Shown here: piece by piece, positions 29,801 to 32,000 of the stretch
How positions within the stretch are numbered: position 1 is the first letter of the stretch
Layout: every line of letters starts with the position of its first letter
From: Nitrosopumilaceae archaeon
GTDB lineage: Archaea > Thermoproteota > Nitrososphaeria > Nitrososphaerales > Nitrosopumilaceae
Length of the DNA stretch: 32,000 bases
Assembly (NCBI GenBank): GCA_965200155.1
Contig: CBDATR010000031.1
Location: 11,321 to 43,320 of the forward strand
Direction of reading: 5' to 3'
The notes under the pieces: model-generated
The model's database searches: none
Seen by the model: the letters and a program-made list of their open reading frames with translations, nothing else
What the model was told of the DNA's origin: nothing
Position numbers and translations under genes: made by a program

Positions 29801-30171
29801 ATTGGCCCTAGTCAGCTTTTTGTCTGTGCCCACAATCATGCCATTCCCCTTGTCTATGCCAATCTCTTCCGCGTCTGTATATTGTGGAGTAGTGCGGGGT
29901 TTGGTGCCCTTCCAGTAGTCCTGCAAGGAATCCGGATACCTGCCTGTATCTCATACTTAATGCCGTTCTCAGTGTCATCTAACATGTCCACGGTATACTG
30001 GTAGGGAGCACCCTCCTTGTTATGGTTGGCCTTTTCAATCCCACGCATGGTTGAAGCCAAATAGCCTCCCGCTGGACGTACTTGGCATTGTCGGTGAATA
30101 CCATCAAGTTTGTTTAAAAAATCTCAGATGTAATACTTGGATCCAAGTTAGTAATCACTACGACAGAATAA

Positions 30172-30263
30172 GTATGAGTTCACGTCTTCCGGAATCTTAT
30201 ACACAAATCACATTAACTGTCGCGATCAGTTATGCGTAAATTTAGACACAGGTGAACTCATAC
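30172..30263 (-). repeat. 92-bp MITE
   Basis: TSD CAGAATAA at 30164-30171 and 30264-30271. Confidence 0.97.
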
Positions 30264-30439
30264 CAGAATAAACGAGAATACTCAAACCGTTTCTCACATA
30301 CATTTTTAATCTAACTTGTTTGGAGTTATGCAACTAACTAGTGTAATCTAAGTGGATATAAACTCGTACAATTCTACAACACATGCTGCTAATACTTGAA
30401 TTTTAAATTCGCGTATAAAATAAAAACACGCATGTAATG

Positions 30440-31030
30440 CTAGAACACAATATAGTCTAACGCCACAGCGTCGCTTATTAGTGATGTGTGCCTTGCTCCT
30501 ATTACGTAACCGTTTTTTATGTCAGAGGTAGGGACCCATCTATTCGTAGAGGTATAGTGGCGTTTCTCTGCTAACTCCCGCTCAATGGATTCTATATCAA
30601 ACTCGGCTTCTTCTACTTCTTGGGTAGCTATATGCCGTATTGTTACCAGTATCTTGGTTATCTTTATACGATCACCAAACCTCCATTGAACGGGAGGGTG
30701 TTCGTCTGAGACTTCAAGTACCTTGATCTTCATTTGTTTGGTACCTAGAGCATCACTACTAATCAACAACCTCTCGTCAACAAACTCCTCAAAGCTGGTT
30801 CGATGGCGTGCTGATCCTGTGCTGGATACTGTTTCTAGAATGCTTTGCACGTCGTTACGGGGTGTATCTTCAATTATATCTGGCTCCTCGTAAACTTTGT
30901 CCTCTATAGGTTCATCCTCTTGCGCGGCGTCTTCTTCCTCTACTACGTCTGGATCTTGCGGAATGTCATCATCTTTTTTATTTCTGATTTTTTCCCATAT
31001 ACCCATACCAAAATATAGTCTGTGCGACAT
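30440..31030 (-). CDS. hypothetical protein with acidic N-terminal region
   Basis: 196 aa; DDDIPQDPDVVEEEDAAQEDEPIEDKV..., then a basic/hydrophilic domain; well-composed ORF, no recognised motif. Confidence 0.7.
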   Translation of the reverse strand: MSHRLYFGMGIWEKIRNKKDDDIPQDPDVVEEEDAAQEDEPIEDKVYEEPDIIEDTPRNDVQSILETVSSTGSARHRTSFEEFVDERLLISSDALGTKQMKIKVLEVSDEHPPVQWRFGDRIKITKILVTIRHIATQEVEEAEFDIESIERELAEKRHYTSTNRWVPTSDIKNGYVIGARHTSLISDAVALDYIVF

Positions 31031-31073
31031 AAAAATATAGCCACTCCAGTCGTAACCGTTTAGGTAGCGTAAA

Positions 31074-31165
31074 GTATGAGTTCACGTCTTCCGGAATCTT
31101 ATGCACAAATCACATTAACTGTCGCGATCAGTTATGCGTAAATTTAGACACAGGTGAACTCATAC
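31074..31165 (-). repeat. 92-bp MITE
   Basis: TSD AGCGTAAA at 31066-31073 and 31166-31173. Confidence 0.97.
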
Positions 31166-31185
31166 AGCGTAAAAGCTCAGACATC

Positions 31186-31277
31186 GTATGAGTTCACGTC
31201 TTCCGGAATCTTATGCACAAATCACATTAACTGTCGCGATCAGTTATGCGTAAATTTAGACACAGGTGAACTCATAC
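31186..31277 (-). repeat. 92-bp MITE
   Basis: TSD CAGACATC at 31178-31185 and 31278-31285. Confidence 0.97.
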
Positions 31278-31710
31278 CAGACATCTAGACGATAAATACA
31301 TGATCATATGTGAGGTATTATGATGGAAATGGCGATAATGTATATGCTCATGGTGTTTTTTAAACGGTTGTCCATGGGTAACCTAATCGATTACGTGTAC
31401 ACTTTACGTCGTCTATATATTGTGTAGACCAACATACTGCTAGCCATTACTGCAAGTGTTATGGCACTCCATACTGCTAGTGATACGATGTCGACTTCGG
31501 CCACAATACATCAGTACAATACGTAGATTTTGTATTTTTCGCCTGACTGTGCTGTACACTAGAGTCCGCAAAATAATTCTCGTGTGCTCCTGTCTTACAT
31601 CATTGTTCCTTTGGTGTATTGATCCGGCATACCATTGGTATCTTGGATCATTCTCGCCATGGTATGTATGGCTTAATTACCGCGACCTTTTTAGCGAATT
31701 CTGCATCTCT

Positions 31711-31907
31711 ATAGCTGTCACCATAAGTCTTGGCGGTGTTTTTCCATAAAATATCCCAACCGGGATGGCAGACAGGCTGAATCAGCAGATGCAAGTAATG
31801 TACCCTACCATACTTTATGGACATGCAATACTTCATGATGAGTTTAGCGGCGTATAATGACTGTGCATATGTATGGGTCTCCAGAACGATCACGCACAAA
31901 AATCCAC
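31711..31907 (-). repeat. Repeat R5 copy 2
   Basis: Reverse-complement match to 22891..23087, truncated exactly at an IS66-like end. Confidence 0.8.
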
Positions 31908-32000
31908 GTATGAGTTCACGTGTTTTGATCATTCACTAAGATATAGGTAGGAGTTCATATGTAGTGGACAAATACCTGAACGGTTACCAGGGCGCGATAG
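31908..32000. mobile_element. internally deleted IS66-like derivative, runs off window
   Basis: GTATGAGTTCACGTGTTTTGATCATTCACTAAGATATAG fused directly to gtaggagttcatatgtagtggacaaatacctgaacgg (internal transposase codons, cf. about 475-520). Confidence 0.85.

Larger units (their letters stand above)
31052..31394. repeat. Inverted-repeat element family R4 (copy c), interrupted by two MITEs
   Basis: 343 bp minus 2x100 bp = 143 bp, versus 142 bp for copy a. Shared core agacatctagacgataaata...catatgtgag..attatgat. Confidence 0.88.

Noticed and set aside
1-31277. Repeated 92-bp units as a CRISPR array
   Set aside because: Spacing is irregular over 32 kb, orientation is mixed, and each unit has its own 8-bp TSD; no cas genes.
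1-32000. Anti-phage defence, toxin-antitoxin or integrase-driven island
   Set aside because: No recognisable nuclease/helicase/TA/integrase modules apart from IS transposases; accessory content is explained by IS and MITE activity.

Overview
This looks like an archaeal chromosomal window, most likely from a Thaumarchaeota/Nitrososphaeria-type genome; that is inferred from PurP, DUF6659-like pairs, split MetH, TatA/TatC, PurS and an MTH1187-type protein. Housekeeping blocks lie at about 2.7-10.9, 13.2-21.6, 25.0-25.8 and 30.4-31.0 kb. They are separated by IS-rich, heavily rearranged islands. The strongest signal is a very uniform 92-bp non-autonomous element (MITE) with perfect 12-bp terminal inverted repeats (GTATGAGTTCAC). 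I count 15 copies: 13 uninterrupted, one cut in two by an IS, and one clipped by the window edge. Twelve of the 14 fully visible copies have a perfect 8-bp target-site duplication. Its ends match the ends of a resident IS66-like element (GTATGAGTTCACGTGTTTTGATCA), a family known for 8-bp TSDs, so trans-mobilisation is likely. The insertion history can be read in layers: MITE inside an IS481-like element inside an older MITE (23.28-24.45 kb), two MITEs inside a second inverted-repeat element family (31.05-31.39 kb), and a MITE standing in for a 576-bp deletion in an IS5-like transposase (28.5 kb). No CRISPR array, rRNA, convincing tRNA or defence operon was seen.
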